A DNA stretch of 64,000 nucleotides from an uncultured Nitrososphaerota archaeon (GCA_964408285.1 CAYOYV010000007.1:1-64000), one strand, 5' to 3'; shown: positions 28,357 to 38,756, numbered from the stretch's first letter. Translations and numbers: made by a program. Notes: generated from the sequence alone by a model not told the origin.

Positions 28357-29265
28357 TCACAGGCTCTTGAACATGACACGCCTCATATAGAGCTTCTTCT
28401 TTTCGCGAGCACGCGAGTACGCGCGCCCAGTGGGGAAAGGAATTCTTGGTAACGCCCAGGCATCCCGCGTTGCACGTTTTGAATAGATCTGACTAGATGC
28501 CCGTGCGAGTAAGACAAGGGCCAAAATGATGATTCCAAGTGCAAGTAAGTTTAGCAGATCCCCATAAAAGAGGTGAACCGCTAGGAATCCAAGGACAATG
28601 AGAAGCCAAGCTCCGATAAGAACCGCTGCCGCCTTGAGAGAGCTTCTCCTGTCTGTCATGAAATACTTCTTGAGGTCTGGAATCAAGCTCTCCGGTTTCG
28701 TCGCATATCTTAGAATCTTGTAGCCGCCTATGATTGAACACGGAAGCGCAAGAAAGGAGAGCAGTTGGCCGAGAGGAGTGAAGTCAGATGCGCGCCCCAC
28801 TACGACCTCGATCTTGCCAGCAGAAACATAAGACGACGAAACACCTGTCTTGATTGAGTAGGTGCCCGGCGATAACGTAATCCACTGGCTGTCAAGCTTC
28901 GTCTCCTTCTCAGGTCCAGATGAATTGAACTTGGACTCATGCGCCCATGCAACACCGGAGCCGTTTTCGATCCTGACTCTGATGACCGCCGAATCAGGGA
29001 CAAGAAATTGATATGATACTCGGACCTCCAATTTGGCCGGCGGATAGTGGAGGAAATTGGTTGGCACAACCAAGAACTCAACAGATGTAGCGGGGCTGGA
29101 GTATGAATAGGTCGTGGTATATCTCTCCCACACTGAAAATCCAACAATTGATGTCGCAACGACAAATAGAGAAGCACCCAATATGAGGAACGAAGTTGAT
29201 CTCCTTCTCTTGACTGTTACATGTAATGACGGAGGAGCAGTGGAAGACGGGTCGAACTTGGTCAA
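28357..29265 (-). CDS. Membrane hypothetical protein
   Basis: About 4 hydrophobic helices around a soluble beta-rich domain. The 3' tail runs through a CG-tract cluster. Confidence 0.65.
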   Translation of the reverse strand: MTKFDPSSTAPPSLHVTVKRRRSTSFLILGASLFVVATSIVGFSVWERYTTTYSYSSPATSVEFLVVPTNFLHYPPAKLEVRVSYQFLVPDSAVIRVRIENGSGVAWAHESKFNSSGPEKETKLDSQWITLSPGTYSIKTGVSSSYVSAGKIEVVVGRASDFTPLGQLLSFLALPCSIIGGYKILRYATKPESLIPDLKKYFMTDRRSSLKAAAVLIGAWLLIVLGFLAVHLFYGDLLNLLALGIIILALVLLARASSQIYSKRATRDAWALPRIPFPTGRAYSRAREKKKLYMRRVMFKSL

Positions 29266-29486
29266 AATCCACTGTCAAACATAATCATTTCGGTTAAAAT
29301 CCTTTTCAGATCCGATGTCTTCAGGCCCTCGTGCCCATCGATCCCGTTGATTGCGGCCACCTATGTTGACCCACAGATTGGTGTGAGGGGCTGTCTCAGG
29401 TGCCTGTTACTCCGCCGGGGTTTGTAATCAGGCTCTCCGATCTTGAGAGCATGTGAGTTCTCGAGCGAACATACAGCGCTCTCTGA

Positions 29487-29966
29487 TCAGAACTTCTCGT
29501 GATGGACGATCTCCGACATGGCCTTTCTGGGCTTGGGTGGGTGTGACTCGGCTGGATAGCCAAGAGGCGTTACGGCAAGAACCCTGATTCGCTCCGGAAT
29601 CCTGAGTGCCTTCTTGATCTCATCATCGGCGCCCCAGCGTCCTATCCAGCAAGTTGCGAGGCCAAAGTTTGTGGCAGCTAAGACCAGGTGTTCGAAGGCT
29701 ATGGCTATGTCTGTCTGGCTTGACGCCTCAGTGCATCCAACGATGACAATAGGCGCCTGCTGAGCCCATTCAGATATATCGAGCACTTTCTTCTTCCGGG
29801 GGTTCTTCACGACAATGAAGTGCCAGGGCTGCGCGTTCCCTCCTGAGGGGGCCAGCCTTGCTGCTTCAAGGACTTGAGTAAGCACTTTGTCAGGCACAGG
29901 ATCAGGTCTGTACTTCCTTATGCTCATCCTTTTTCTTACGACCTCCATGAAGTCCGTCATATTCAA
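29487..29966 (-). CDS. Nitroreductase family protein
   Basis: RMSIRKY, APSGGNAQPW, TCWIG, LGYP. Confidence 0.93.
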   Translation of the reverse strand: MNMTDFMEVVRKRMSIRKYRPDPVPDKVLTQVLEAARLAPSGGNAQPWHFIVVKNPRKKKVLDISEWAQQAPIVIVGCTEASSQTDIAIAFEHLVLAATNFGLATCWIGRWGADDEIKKALRIPERIRVLAVTPLGYPAESHPPKPRKAMSEIVHHEKF

Positions 29967-30060
29967 CTCTCAATCGAGGCTCAAACCTAATAAGTCTAGC
30001 GTGCAGAAGTTCATCAGTCACTTCCTCAATAGAGCTACACTGGGGCATTGCGCACAGCCG

Positions 30061-30615
30061 TTAAACATTGTACCTCAATACCATCAAGAGCCAAACAGAG
30101 GTCATAAGACAGGAAAGGGTCTCCTGTATTGCCACACCTCGCCACGGCCAATTCACAAACCAGATGATCGCGATGCCCATGCCGAAGGCCAAACTAATCG
30201 CCCCTATCCTCGGAGAACCCAACGGCCATGAGCAATAACTGTATATCAGCATCGTGACGACCATTAGCGAGAATAATATGACGGACACCAGAAAATGTGT
30301 CCAACCGGTGTTTTCGGGAAAGAAGCCTATCAGGGCAAGATCTATCGACATAGCCGTTGCCGGAATTGTCCAACTTAGGTATTTCAATGAACGATGTCGA
30401 ATGGAAATGAGAATCGCAAAGCATGTCGCCAGTCCCCCGGATAGGATCAGGCCCGAGTTGAAAATCCATGCGGTTGAGCCATGAAGAGCTGTATTCCCAA
30501 GATCGCTTAGTGCGTTGTCGTAGAAATTGAACCATGGAGAAAGGACTATCGACGCAGCGATGAATGGATAGGCTATGATGGCACTTAAGACTCCGAGGAT
30601 ACTCTGGGCTTTCAT
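30061..30615 (-). CDS. DUF998 family membrane protein
   Basis: PWF...NALSDLG...FNSGLI. Confidence 0.85.
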   Translation of the reverse strand: MKAQSILGVLSAIIAYPFIAASIVLSPWFNFYDNALSDLGNTALHGSTAWIFNSGLILSGGLATCFAILISIRHRSLKYLSWTIPATAMSIDLALIGFFPENTGWTHFLVSVILFSLMVVTMLIYSYCSWPLGSPRIGAISLAFGMGIAIIWFVNWPWRGVAIQETLSCLMTSVWLLMVLRYNV

Positions 30616-30718
30616 CCAACCAGAAACTATCCAGGCGATTTTATTCTTTGTCTAGACAGTGCTCGGGTGGGAATGGGCCACCTTTGAGCCACGATGCGCT
30701 CTCCTACTGAGCAATCAA

Positions 30719-31789
30719 TCACACGTGAGCATGCGCCGTCCTATCCATTAGGTGAAGAACGAGGCTGGCCAATCCAACCATCAAGAGAGCGTAAGCCAAA
30801 AACCTGATAATCTCTGGGATAGTTGAGGTCTGACCAACGCCAATCTGGAGTTCACTTCGGTCCAAGGTGGATCCCTCAGCCAGCAGGCTGACTTGAACTG
30901 TTCCTTCCGCAATATGGAGGGGGAACTGGACGCTGGTCTCCTCGTTCGCCGAAAGCGACACCTTTCTGGCTTGGTCATATTTCCCCTCGATGACCTGCAC
31001 GATGAATGTTCCCTGTGACTGCCCCGTGTTCCTAACTTTGACAGAGAGAGTTGATTGGCCGCTTATCACCTGAGCCTGAGAGATCTTTCCCTCTAGCTTC
31101 ACGAGCGCTGTCGAGAAGATAACGTCTGGTATCGTCAATGTGAAAACATAGTAGTCCGGAGCGTCCGCCTCGTTTTCATTTACCCAGCTTAAGTGATCAG
31201 CACTGGTGGTCGTGGGAGCCTTTGCCCATGAGGGAGAGAAGGAGTAGTTCAGCAGAGCAACGCCATCCGTAAACCTGAAGTCTATAGCGTCGATCCAGCT
31301 TTGCGGGTCCGAGGCAGTGTAGAAATCAGCCACCACAACTTGGTAAGTGTCGTCGCTGATCCGGGTCAGAGATGTCGTCGTGTTCAGCATGATCTTGAAA
31401 GTCGTCGTTATGGCACCTCTGAAGGTCTTCATCCCCTCCGAAAAACCCAGATTGCAGAAGACCGACTTGCTTAGGTCCACTTGCGAGTGCGAGACGACGT
31501 TATAGTTCACGCCTCCTGTCGTAGCCGAGAAGAGAAGTACGCCCATCTCGACCGTAGAATTTTCCAAAGCAATGACCTCTTCATCAACGCTTCGGTTGCC
31601 TATTAGGCTCCGGCCTTGTTGGTCGAACGGGTGCTGATCGAGCACGACCAAGACAGCTCCACTCCTTCCAAAAACAAGCTCAAAGTTCAGACCAGTCCAG
31701 TAAATCTGCTGGGGATAGACTTTGGACATGAACAGCATTGCCAGAACAATGGAAAGCCCCAAAGCCAGGGGTGCACTCGCACGCTTCAA
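30719..31789 (-). CDS. Exported protein with CARDB-like domain and C-terminal TM
   Basis: Signal peptide, VKVRNTG...G.F motif, IPE plus TM helix. Confidence 0.65.
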   Translation of the reverse strand: MKRASAPLALGLSIVLAMLFMSKVYPQQIYWTGLNFELVFGRSGAVLVVLDQHPFDQQGRSLIGNRSVDEEVIALENSTVEMGVLLFSATTGGVNYNVVSHSQVDLSKSVFCNLGFSEGMKTFRGAITTTFKIMLNTTTSLTRISDDTYQVVVADFYTASDPQSWIDAIDFRFTDGVALLNYSFSPSWAKAPTTTSADHLSWVNENEADAPDYYVFTLTIPDVIFSTALVKLEGKISQAQVISGQSTLSVKVRNTGQSQGTFIVQVIEGKYDQARKVSLSANEETSVQFPLHIAEGTVQVSLLAEGSTLDRSELQIGVGQTSTIPEIIRFLAYALLMVGLASLVLHLMDRTAHAHV

Positions 31790-32793
31790 CCTGGGATCAC
31801 CCTGAATGTGAAATACATCTCCTGGACATCAAGCAACCCAGAAAGGCAATAACTTGTCAGCGTTGATCCAGTGAAAGTCTTTTCCTCAAAGATGTATTTC
31901 ACGTGAGACTCAGAGAAGTCGCCGACCTTTACGCTCGGTCCTTCAAGGAGCTCAATGTCAACCCATCCAACTGGCTCCACATAGATCTGAGGCCAGGCAT
32001 GCCCTCCCCAGTTGTCAGATGTCTCTACGCCCGAAGGAGTTGAAATGGCCCACATGGTTTCGTCGTGTGAAAAAAGCAACATCCCTCCAGCGACGCGGGC
32101 TCGTATCCCCAAGGCCCTAGCCAATGTAACGAACACGTCCGCAACCTCCTGACAGTCGCCCCTGAGAACAAGTTTGCCGTTCTTCAGCACAAGCGCGTGT
32201 TCGCCGCCCAAGCGCGGCATGATGGTGTAGTTCAGCCGGTCCAGTATCCACCTGCCTATGGCAGAGGAAGCAGCCATGGGATCAGGAGAGTTGTAGGCTA
32301 TCTCCTTTGCTATGGACACATAGGTCTTATTCTCCACCGGCCAGAACATCTTTGAGCCAGTCTTACTCTCTGCAACCGATAAGTTGGGCCAAGGTGCACC
32401 CGCTATCTGGAGCTTGTATCTCTCGACTTTGACCTCGAACGTCTCATTGAGCCAAGTGCGGACGCCCCCCGGCAGAGTGATGTTGTAGTTCAGTATCGGA
32501 TTTCCATCCCCGTCAGTGCTCATGCGTAGTGGCTTCCAATTAGACCAAGTGAGTCTTGACCATTGTGTGCTCGCGTTTATTGGCACAGAGACATATACGA
32601 GTTGCGAAACTGTTTCGTTGTAGGTATTCTCCAGAAGGAAACTCTGTTTGACAAGATATGTGTAGTTCACCCTTTCCAGATACTGCACGCTAGGCTGGCT
32701 GCCCACTGGCGTGGCCGTCCTCGGATAGAGCAGTAGGATCGCGACTCCGAGAGCAATGGCAACTGAGCCAATGATGAGTTTGCTTGACACCAA
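31786..32793 (-). CDS. Transglutaminase-like domain protein
   Basis: GDCQE..A..F..L.RA.GI.AR, GHAW, GWV. Confidence 0.88.
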   Translation of the reverse strand: MVSSKLIIGSVAIALGVAILLLYPRTATPVGSQPSVQYLERVNYTYLVKQSFLLENTYNETVSQLVYVSVPINASTQWSRLTWSNWKPLRMSTDGDGNPILNYNITLPGGVRTWLNETFEVKVERYKLQIAGAPWPNLSVAESKTGSKMFWPVENKTYVSIAKEIAYNSPDPMAASSAIGRWILDRLNYTIMPRLGGEHALVLKNGKLVLRGDCQEVADVFVTLARALGIRARVAGGMLLFSHDETMWAISTPSGVETSDNWGGHAWPQIYVEPVGWVDIELLEGPSVKVGDFSESHVKYIFEEKTFTGSTLTSYCLSGLLDVQEMYFTFRVIPG

Positions 32794-32942
32794 ACCAAGC
32801 GGCTCGCAGGATGGCTCTCTTTTAAGTTTTTTTCATAGTCTGTCCTCAATTCTCTCGAGGTCTATGTGCCTAAACGCACCTGTGACCCTAAGGATCCTAA
32901 TGTCTGGGATAGTCTTATTTACGTTCAGATTCTTGACGCTAA

Positions 32943-33428
32943 ATGACGTTGAGGAAAACTTGGCAGGAAAAAATGGCAGACAAGCCCAATCTACCGAAAA
33001 CGTTGATACTGAAGAGAGGTTTCCCCTGCTACAATGCAGTCCATAGAATGGGAGCAAGGGAGGGAGACAGGGTCGTGCTGGTCAACCCATCGGAGATTGC
33101 AGAAGAAATGCGGGCTGTGCGGAAAGGAAAGCTCACCACAATTACAGAGATCTGCAGAACCATAGCGGAGAAGCACAAAGTCAAGGCCTGTTGTACCCTA
33201 ACTACAGGCATTTTCATCATGACCATAGCGAATGCGATGGAGGAGATCAAAAGGGAAGGCAAGAAAAACGGGATTCCGTACTGGCGGACACTGAAGGCCG
33301 ATGGCTCCCTTAACGAGAAATATCCCGGAGGAGCCGAAGCGCAGAGAAAACTACTCAAGGAGGAGGGACACAAAGTCATGCAAAAGGGCAAGAAATATTT
33401 CGTCGAGAATTACGCCAGATATTTATAG
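32943..33428 (+). CDS. MGMT/ATL-family alkylated-DNA-binding protein
   Basis: GKLTT...IPYWR...GSLNEKYPGG..AQ...L..EG; lacks the PCHR cysteine. Confidence 0.8.
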   Translation: MTLRKTWQEKMADKPNLPKTLILKRGFPCYNAVHRMGAREGDRVVLVNPSEIAEEMRAVRKGKLTTITEICRTIAEKHKVKACCTLTTGIFIMTIANAMEEIKREGKKNGIPYWRTLKADGSLNEKYPGGAEAQRKLLKEEGHKVMQKGKKYFVENYARYL

Positions 33429-33470
33429 GGGAAAGACAAGCTCCAATCCCTGCCTGCTATCGTGGTCGGC

Positions 33471-35030
33471 CTAGGAAGCCAGGGGCTCGTCACGGAGTCG
33501 TCTGTATGCGAACAGGGCAGATGCAACGCCGAACACAGATAATCCAATTACTGCAACTAAACCGAATGGCGTCGTGAAAGCCACTGTTGCGGCTATGCCC
33601 AGCAGGATGAATCCAAAAAACATCATCAATAAACGCGCACCCAGCGCCTTCTGACCGAAGCTCCTCTCACTCCACCCTGAAGGTTCAGTGGGAAGCATTG
33701 AGGTTAGCAGGCAGCAGTTGATCAATAAAGAGGCAGCCATGTCCACTTCGAAAAGCACCGACGTCAATATTCCCTGCAGGATTCCAGACAGATATGTCGC
33801 GAGCGCGGCCAAAACCAACCCCGCTGGCAAAAGGCCGAGGAAAGCCGAGAGGGCCTTCGAGAGCGCAAGCCTCCTCTTTGTCAGTGGGAGTCTATATAGA
33901 TCCCTGGACGATTCGCCTTCAACATAGAATAATTCATCGGAGGATATTCCGAAGAAGAACACGGACAAGGGTAACACCTCTACGATCTTGCTGCCTATCA
34001 TTCGGGCGATCGGATCTCCAGTTGGTGCAGTCAGAAGGGGGAGTATGAATACCAAGGGGATTATAGAATAGACTAGGAACCTCGCCAATCTCTGGGGGCT
34101 TCTGACCAACAGCTTCAGGTCCTTCATGGATAGTCCAATTAATGGACCATAGGCACGAACAGACCATTTGGCCTTGACTTTCAATTGCCGCCCCTTTAGG
34201 CCAGAAGTGGTCGTGATTCCCTGAGAAAGGGTTCTCCAAAACCTATTTGAGGAGAAGTTCAATAGAGCCAGAGACAAAACAAACGTCACGAGGATGGAGG
34301 CTACCGTCAACGGACTGAAAGTCCCAAGTGCAAGTACACCATAGTTGAGCGGTGGAATCAATTCGGCAAGGTTACCAAATCCGGGGACATCTGGAATCGA
34401 TACATTCCTGAATATGGACGTCAGAATGTTAGGAAGATAACCAACAAGCAGAAGCAGAATCCAACCTATTGTCGCCAGCAGCCTCAGCCTTGGATCAGAA
34501 CGAACTGAAGGGGCAAAGGAAGCGACGAACAGGCCAATGCCGTAGCCAATGATCAAGAGTGTTACGGCCATTGCTATCCCTGCAACGATTGGATACAGGC
34601 TCCCTCTTCCGATCGCCAAAACCATGGAAGCTGGGATGACGACTAGGACAAATGAACCAACGCCCCAGTACAGGAAACTGGCGGCCATCACGGCTCTTCT
34701 GAGCGTGCTTTCATCAACCGGACGATAGGTAAGTGGCTCCAAAAGCCCTTGCGAAGCCATTATGGACGTCAGAGACGCGATGGACAAAAAAGCCATTAGT
34801 AGCTCAATTGCCCCGAGCATCACAAAGAAGAAAGCCGACGGCATGGACAACATCAAAAAGCCGAATAGAAGCGATATCCCTGTGGATATGATCGCTGGAA
34901 TGAAGTTCACCTCTATTATCGAGCCACTTCCCCTCCAGAAGCTCGGAGTTTTCAAGGTCTCCCTTTGTCTAACGGAGCGGTAGGCCGATTCCTTTGCCAG
35001 GATCCTTGCTATCTCAAGCCAAAGAGACAT
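33471..35030 (-). CDS. ABC-2-type transporter permease (orphan)
   Basis: About 12-14 TM helices; KDLKLLVR and EG..LY.LP motifs. Confidence 0.75.
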   Translation of the reverse strand: MSLWLEIARILAKESAYRSVRQRETLKTPSFWRGSGSIIEVNFIPAIISTGISLLFGFLMLSMPSAFFFVMLGAIELLMAFLSIASLTSIMASQGLLEPLTYRPVDESTLRRAVMAASFLYWGVGSFVLVVIPASMVLAIGRGSLYPIVAGIAMAVTLLIIGYGIGLFVASFAPSVRSDPRLRLLATIGWILLLLVGYLPNILTSIFRNVSIPDVPGFGNLAELIPPLNYGVLALGTFSPLTVASILVTFVLSLALLNFSSNRFWRTLSQGITTTSGLKGRQLKVKAKWSVRAYGPLIGLSMKDLKLLVRSPQRLARFLVYSIIPLVFILPLLTAPTGDPIARMIGSKIVEVLPLSVFFFGISSDELFYVEGESSRDLYRLPLTKRRLALSKALSAFLGLLPAGLVLAALATYLSGILQGILTSVLFEVDMAASLLINCCLLTSMLPTEPSGWSERSFGQKALGARLLMMFFGFILLGIAATVAFTTPFGLVAVIGLSVFGVASALFAYRRLRDEPLAS

Positions 35031-35264
35031 TCTTTGTGGCTATCAGTGCACTCCCGCGCCATAATGTCGGCGTCACGCGCATTGTCCTGCAAGAGGCGAT
35101 ACGGATTTAAGGGTTAGCGAACACTCGCGCGGTTGGCTGGAATGAGAATGGAGTGCCAAGGCAGAAAACACTAGGAAGACTCGTGACGTCACGTGTGGAG
35201 TCAAAGCTTGGAGAGGTTAGTCTATATAGCGTAGTATTTCCAGACGCGCATTCCTACAGCCGTG

Positions 35265-36329
35265 TCATGTCATTGCCAGAGCATTCCTTATTGCGTTCTT
35301 GTGCTCTGCCTTAGGTATGGGATAGACGAACCAGCATATTCCTTGGGCTCCCTTCTCAAGCGCGACCTGCGTTGCCCTCATTACGTCTTCCTCCGTCTTC
35401 ATGAAACCCAAGAAAATGCCTGCCACTATTTTCTTGCCGGTCGAAACTCCCTCAAGAACGGCCTCCCCAATCCAATCAACTCCCCTGTCGTAATATTCGT
35501 GGTATATCATTGGCTGAAGTGAGTCCAGTGGCCATCTGGCCCATTGCTGGAAAACGTATCGATACGATGTCCCGGGGGTTGCGAAGACAGCTGCAGAAGT
35601 CTCCAGAGTGTTGTCGTAGGATTTCACGACCTTGTGGAAGTCCCGCACAAATGCAGTTATCCTGTCCGCCCTCCACTGCACCCATTGGTACCAGAATCTT
35701 GTCCCGAACTGGATCTCAAGAGGATCGACCCCATATTCCCCCTTGAAGCCATCCCTGCAGTACTGACAGTAGCAATAATCGTAGTGGGGACCGTATTCGT
35801 CCTTTCCCTTCTCTATGCCATACTTCGGCCTGAGTCCCTCTGGAAGAAAGATATCAGGCAAGCGTATGTAGTCGAGGTGAACTCCGTCTAAGTCATATCT
35901 CTCCAAAAGCTCCTGAACCCCGGAAAGGAGAAAAGATCGCGTGTCCTCCCTGCTCGGGCAAAGCCAGAGATAATGCGGAACATACGCTGGCTTGTCAACG
36001 CAACTCTCCCCATTCCTATTGACGACAAACCACTGCTTCTTCTCCCTGACTAGGTCCTGATTCGGTTTGTTGAAGGCGACCACCCAAGCATGGACCCTCA
36101 GGCCATTCTTCTTGGCCTCCTTTAGGACCGGCTCGAAGAAATCCTTCTCCTTGCACGAGCGCGACGAGATGAATGACTTGCTCGGGTAGAGGGCGCCGTC
36201 ACCCTCTATCGAGATCAGGAACAATTCCTCCGCCCCCATCTCCTTGAGTTCCGAAATATGTTTCTCTGGGTTTTCTGCGATGCCCTGAGTGCTGACCCAA
36301 AACGCTCTAACCCTCTGTCCCAATTTCAC
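35265..36329 (-). CDS. Glycosyl hydrolase-like 10 (DUF187) family protein
   Basis: GLRVHAW, WLCPS, DGVHLDYIR, PMIY. Confidence 0.88.
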   Translation of the reverse strand: MKLGQRVRAFWVSTQGIAENPEKHISELKEMGAEELFLISIEGDGALYPSKSFISSRSCKEKDFFEPVLKEAKKNGLRVHAWVVAFNKPNQDLVREKKQWFVVNRNGESCVDKPAYVPHYLWLCPSREDTRSFLLSGVQELLERYDLDGVHLDYIRLPDIFLPEGLRPKYGIEKGKDEYGPHYDYCYCQYCRDGFKGEYGVDPLEIQFGTRFWYQWVQWRADRITAFVRDFHKVVKSYDNTLETSAAVFATPGTSYRYVFQQWARWPLDSLQPMIYHEYYDRGVDWIGEAVLEGVSTGKKIVAGIFLGFMKTEEDVMRATQVALEKGAQGICWFVYPIPKAEHKNAIRNALAMT

Positions 36330-36473
36330 TCCCAGTCATTTGGTCCTTAATCTAGCTATTTACAATTTCGCATGTACGAAGCGCCGCGACTCGGGTCTAG
36401 ACCCAGATAGGCTAGATAGCTATCCCCTTAAGGGTCAGCCCATAGTGCGAATTAGCAACCCAAGCCATTACCT

Positions 36474-36913
36474 TCATGCCTCAATGCGTGGCTTCGTCCA
36501 TCGACTTTCGCCGCTCATCGTCAGCTTGGAGATAACTGGTCTGAATTTTGCCTTCAGGTTCTTCCTATCGCCCATAAAGACCTCTATCTCCACGTCATTC
36601 CCTAGGATTTCATGGCACCTTGACACGAGGTCTTCAACAGAGACCTCTGGGTCGTTCTTTCTCTTCATGAGTTCTATTGTGATTTTGTTCGCGCCCTGCT
36701 GCACAGCTTGATATCTTGAAACTCCCGGACAGCCTTGGATTGTTGCCATTATGGCCTTCGGAGTGACGATTCTACCATTGGATAATCTGAAGCAGTCAAC
36801 GATCCTACCCTCAATTGACTTCAGAAGGGGCAGACCTCTACCACATGAACACATGCCGTCGCCGAATATCCCAACATCACCTACCCTGTAGCGTGTTAGA
36901 GGCATCGCATAGT
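36474..36913 (-). pseudogene. 3' fragment of a PaaK/CapK-like gene homologous to 6520-7875
   Basis: YAMPLTRYRVGD...KAKFRPVISKLT...RWTKPR matches the last ~145 aa of 6520-7875; homology stops at ~36913. Confidence 0.88.
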
Positions 36914-37186
36914 ACGGTAAAAACTGTGATTTCAACAATCAATGCCGTACTCTCAATGGCTTTATTGATCACATACATCATCATATATAGGAGGACAAAG
37001 TCAGAATTCACAATCGCATTGATAATATTCTCGTCGATCTTCTTTCTGCAGGTCCTCGCTTCGAATCCCTTGGTTCACTGGATCTTTGGTTTCTGGGCTT
37101 TCGGTCTTGGCCCATTCGCAATGTTGCCGGATCTGCTGACTTCTTTAGTATTGCTAGTCCTACTATATCTCACTTTCAAATACTAG
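36914..37186 (+). pseudogene. 5'-truncated membrane protein gene
   Basis: Three TM helices (TVKTVISTINA...GLGPFAMLPD...LTFKY) with no proper start; abuts the PaaK fragment head to head. Confidence 0.7.
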
Positions 37187-37454
37187 CGGAATCAGTCGAA
37201 CGACCCGTCACGCATTGCTATCTGATCACGAGAACTCGATTGCGACATCGCTCATCATTAATGCGACTATCGACCAATGAATATACAGATGGGCCTAATC
37301 CTCTTGTTCTTTTCCGTTGATCATAATCTGCAAGAGACGATTATCGGGATCAGAATCAGTCCGAATAAAGGGTACAGAGTTGCGCGCTTGGATTGACCAA
37401 ATTAGGATCCTTAAATGTAAGACGGTCAAGCAGTTTGCCCCCAGAGGAAGAGCA

Positions 37455-37487
37455 AAGGGCCGGCTAGGTGGCATCGCCGGCCCCTTC
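37455..37487 (-). terminator. GC-rich hairpin downstream of 37491-38666
   Basis: GGGCCGGC...GCCGGCCC inverted repeat followed by a pyrimidine tract on the minus strand. Confidence 0.6.
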
Positions 37488-37490
37488 TTT

Positions 37491-38666
37491 CTACTTGTTC
37501 TTTCCCTTTCCCTTGCCGTTTTCCTTGCCGTTCTCCTTACCGTTATCCTTGTCGTGGCCCTTCCCATGCCCATTGTCCGTATTCTGATCTTGTTCCTGTT
37601 CCTGCTCCTGTTGACTCATGTTGGAGTCTTTCTTGCCCTTGTCTTCTATGGTCAAAGAAGAGCTGGTTGCCTCGATCTTGTCTATGAGGGCCTTAGCCTG
37701 GGCTATCAGCGAATCTGCTGTTTCCTCATCTATGTGTTTGCCCCTCTGAGCCTCGACATGATGTATGAAGGCCTTTAGATTGTTGGCTGACGCTTTCAGC
37801 ATATTGGCAGCAGTCTTGTTCTTTCCCTCGTCAACCCATGCCAAGCATTGCTCGATCTTCCTAGCGGTTACATTGAGTTTCTTCACGAGGCTGTTGTTTA
37901 TCCCTCCGACATCTGCGGTTATCGAATCGTTCAGCGCATCAAGTTCACGGAATATGGCCTCAGTAAGCGCAGCGATAGAAGCGTTCACATAGAATTTGGT
38001 AGAGGCAAGTGGGACTCCCGGCTCATCGATACTATAAGCAGTCGCATCGTAGGTTCCGTTTACTGCGTCGAAAGGTATTAGCCACTCAATTCCATCTGGG
38101 ATTTTGCCTTCCGTATCAGAATCGAATGGAAGCGTAGCGATCACTTCTGAATCGAACGCTATGTCAATATAATATCCCATCTCAGGCGTGTAGCCAATTC
38201 CAGAGAACACTACCTCCTCCTCGACTATGTATTCCTCCTTGTCAGTCTCAAGCGTTGCAGTACTCACTATGAAGGACGCCCTGCTGACCTCCTTCTCGTA
38301 GGTCTCAGCGTTGTCTGGGTCTGTTATGTTGTACGCCACTGCCGTGTAAAGACCAAGGGGGACTCCCTCTTCCACTAACCATTCAACTCCATCAGGAATG
38401 GTTCCCTCAGTTGCGGAATCGAATTCCAAGGATCCATAAGTATCAAGGCCCTTTGTGATGTCAATCCTGTATTTTGTCCCTTCCGGTAGATATCCCTCCC
38501 CGGAGAATATTACGGGCTCTCCGAACGCATAAGTGGTTTTATCTGTCAACAATGTCGGATCTAGTGTAGAGGTCGATTCCAGATTCGATGTGAGGTCCGC
38601 CTTTGCCAGCGCGAGGCACGCGACGACAACTAGCATGAGACACGATACTACTTTCTTCGTTTTCAT
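37491..38666 (-). CDS. Secreted protein with two tandem beta domains, a FIMAH-like helical domain and a low-complexity tail
   Basis: Signal peptide. TDKTTY..GEPVIFSG.GY repeated as TDKEEY..EEEVVFSG.GY. AF..HVEAQRGKHI motif. EQ and GKEN repeats. Confidence 0.75.
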   Translation of the reverse strand: MKTKKVVSCLMLVVVACLALAKADLTSNLESTSTLDPTLLTDKTTYAFGEPVIFSGEGYLPEGTKYRIDITKGLDTYGSLEFDSATEGTIPDGVEWLVEEGVPLGLYTAVAYNITDPDNAETYEKEVSRASFIVSTATLETDKEEYIVEEEVVFSGIGYTPEMGYYIDIAFDSEVIATLPFDSDTEGKIPDGIEWLIPFDAVNGTYDATAYSIDEPGVPLASTKFYVNASIAALTEAIFRELDALNDSITADVGGINNSLVKKLNVTARKIEQCLAWVDEGKNKTAANMLKASANNLKAFIHHVEAQRGKHIDEETADSLIAQAKALIDKIEATSSSLTIEDKGKKDSNMSQQEQEQEQDQNTDNGHGKGHDKDNGKENGKENGKGKGKNK

Positions 38667-38756
38667 TCCGTCCTAAGTCGGAGCCGTTATCCAGTATAAC
38701 GGTTTGTACGTTGGCTTTTCGACAAATCGGCCAGAAAGCAGGGCAAATCCAGCCAA

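Noticed and set aside
59-36913. Duplicated segments as assembly or MDA chimeras
   Set aside because: Copies are clearly diverged (e.g. 43/49, 36/45) with mostly synonymous changes in the coding example, whereas artefactual duplicates would be near-identical. Read validation is still advisable.
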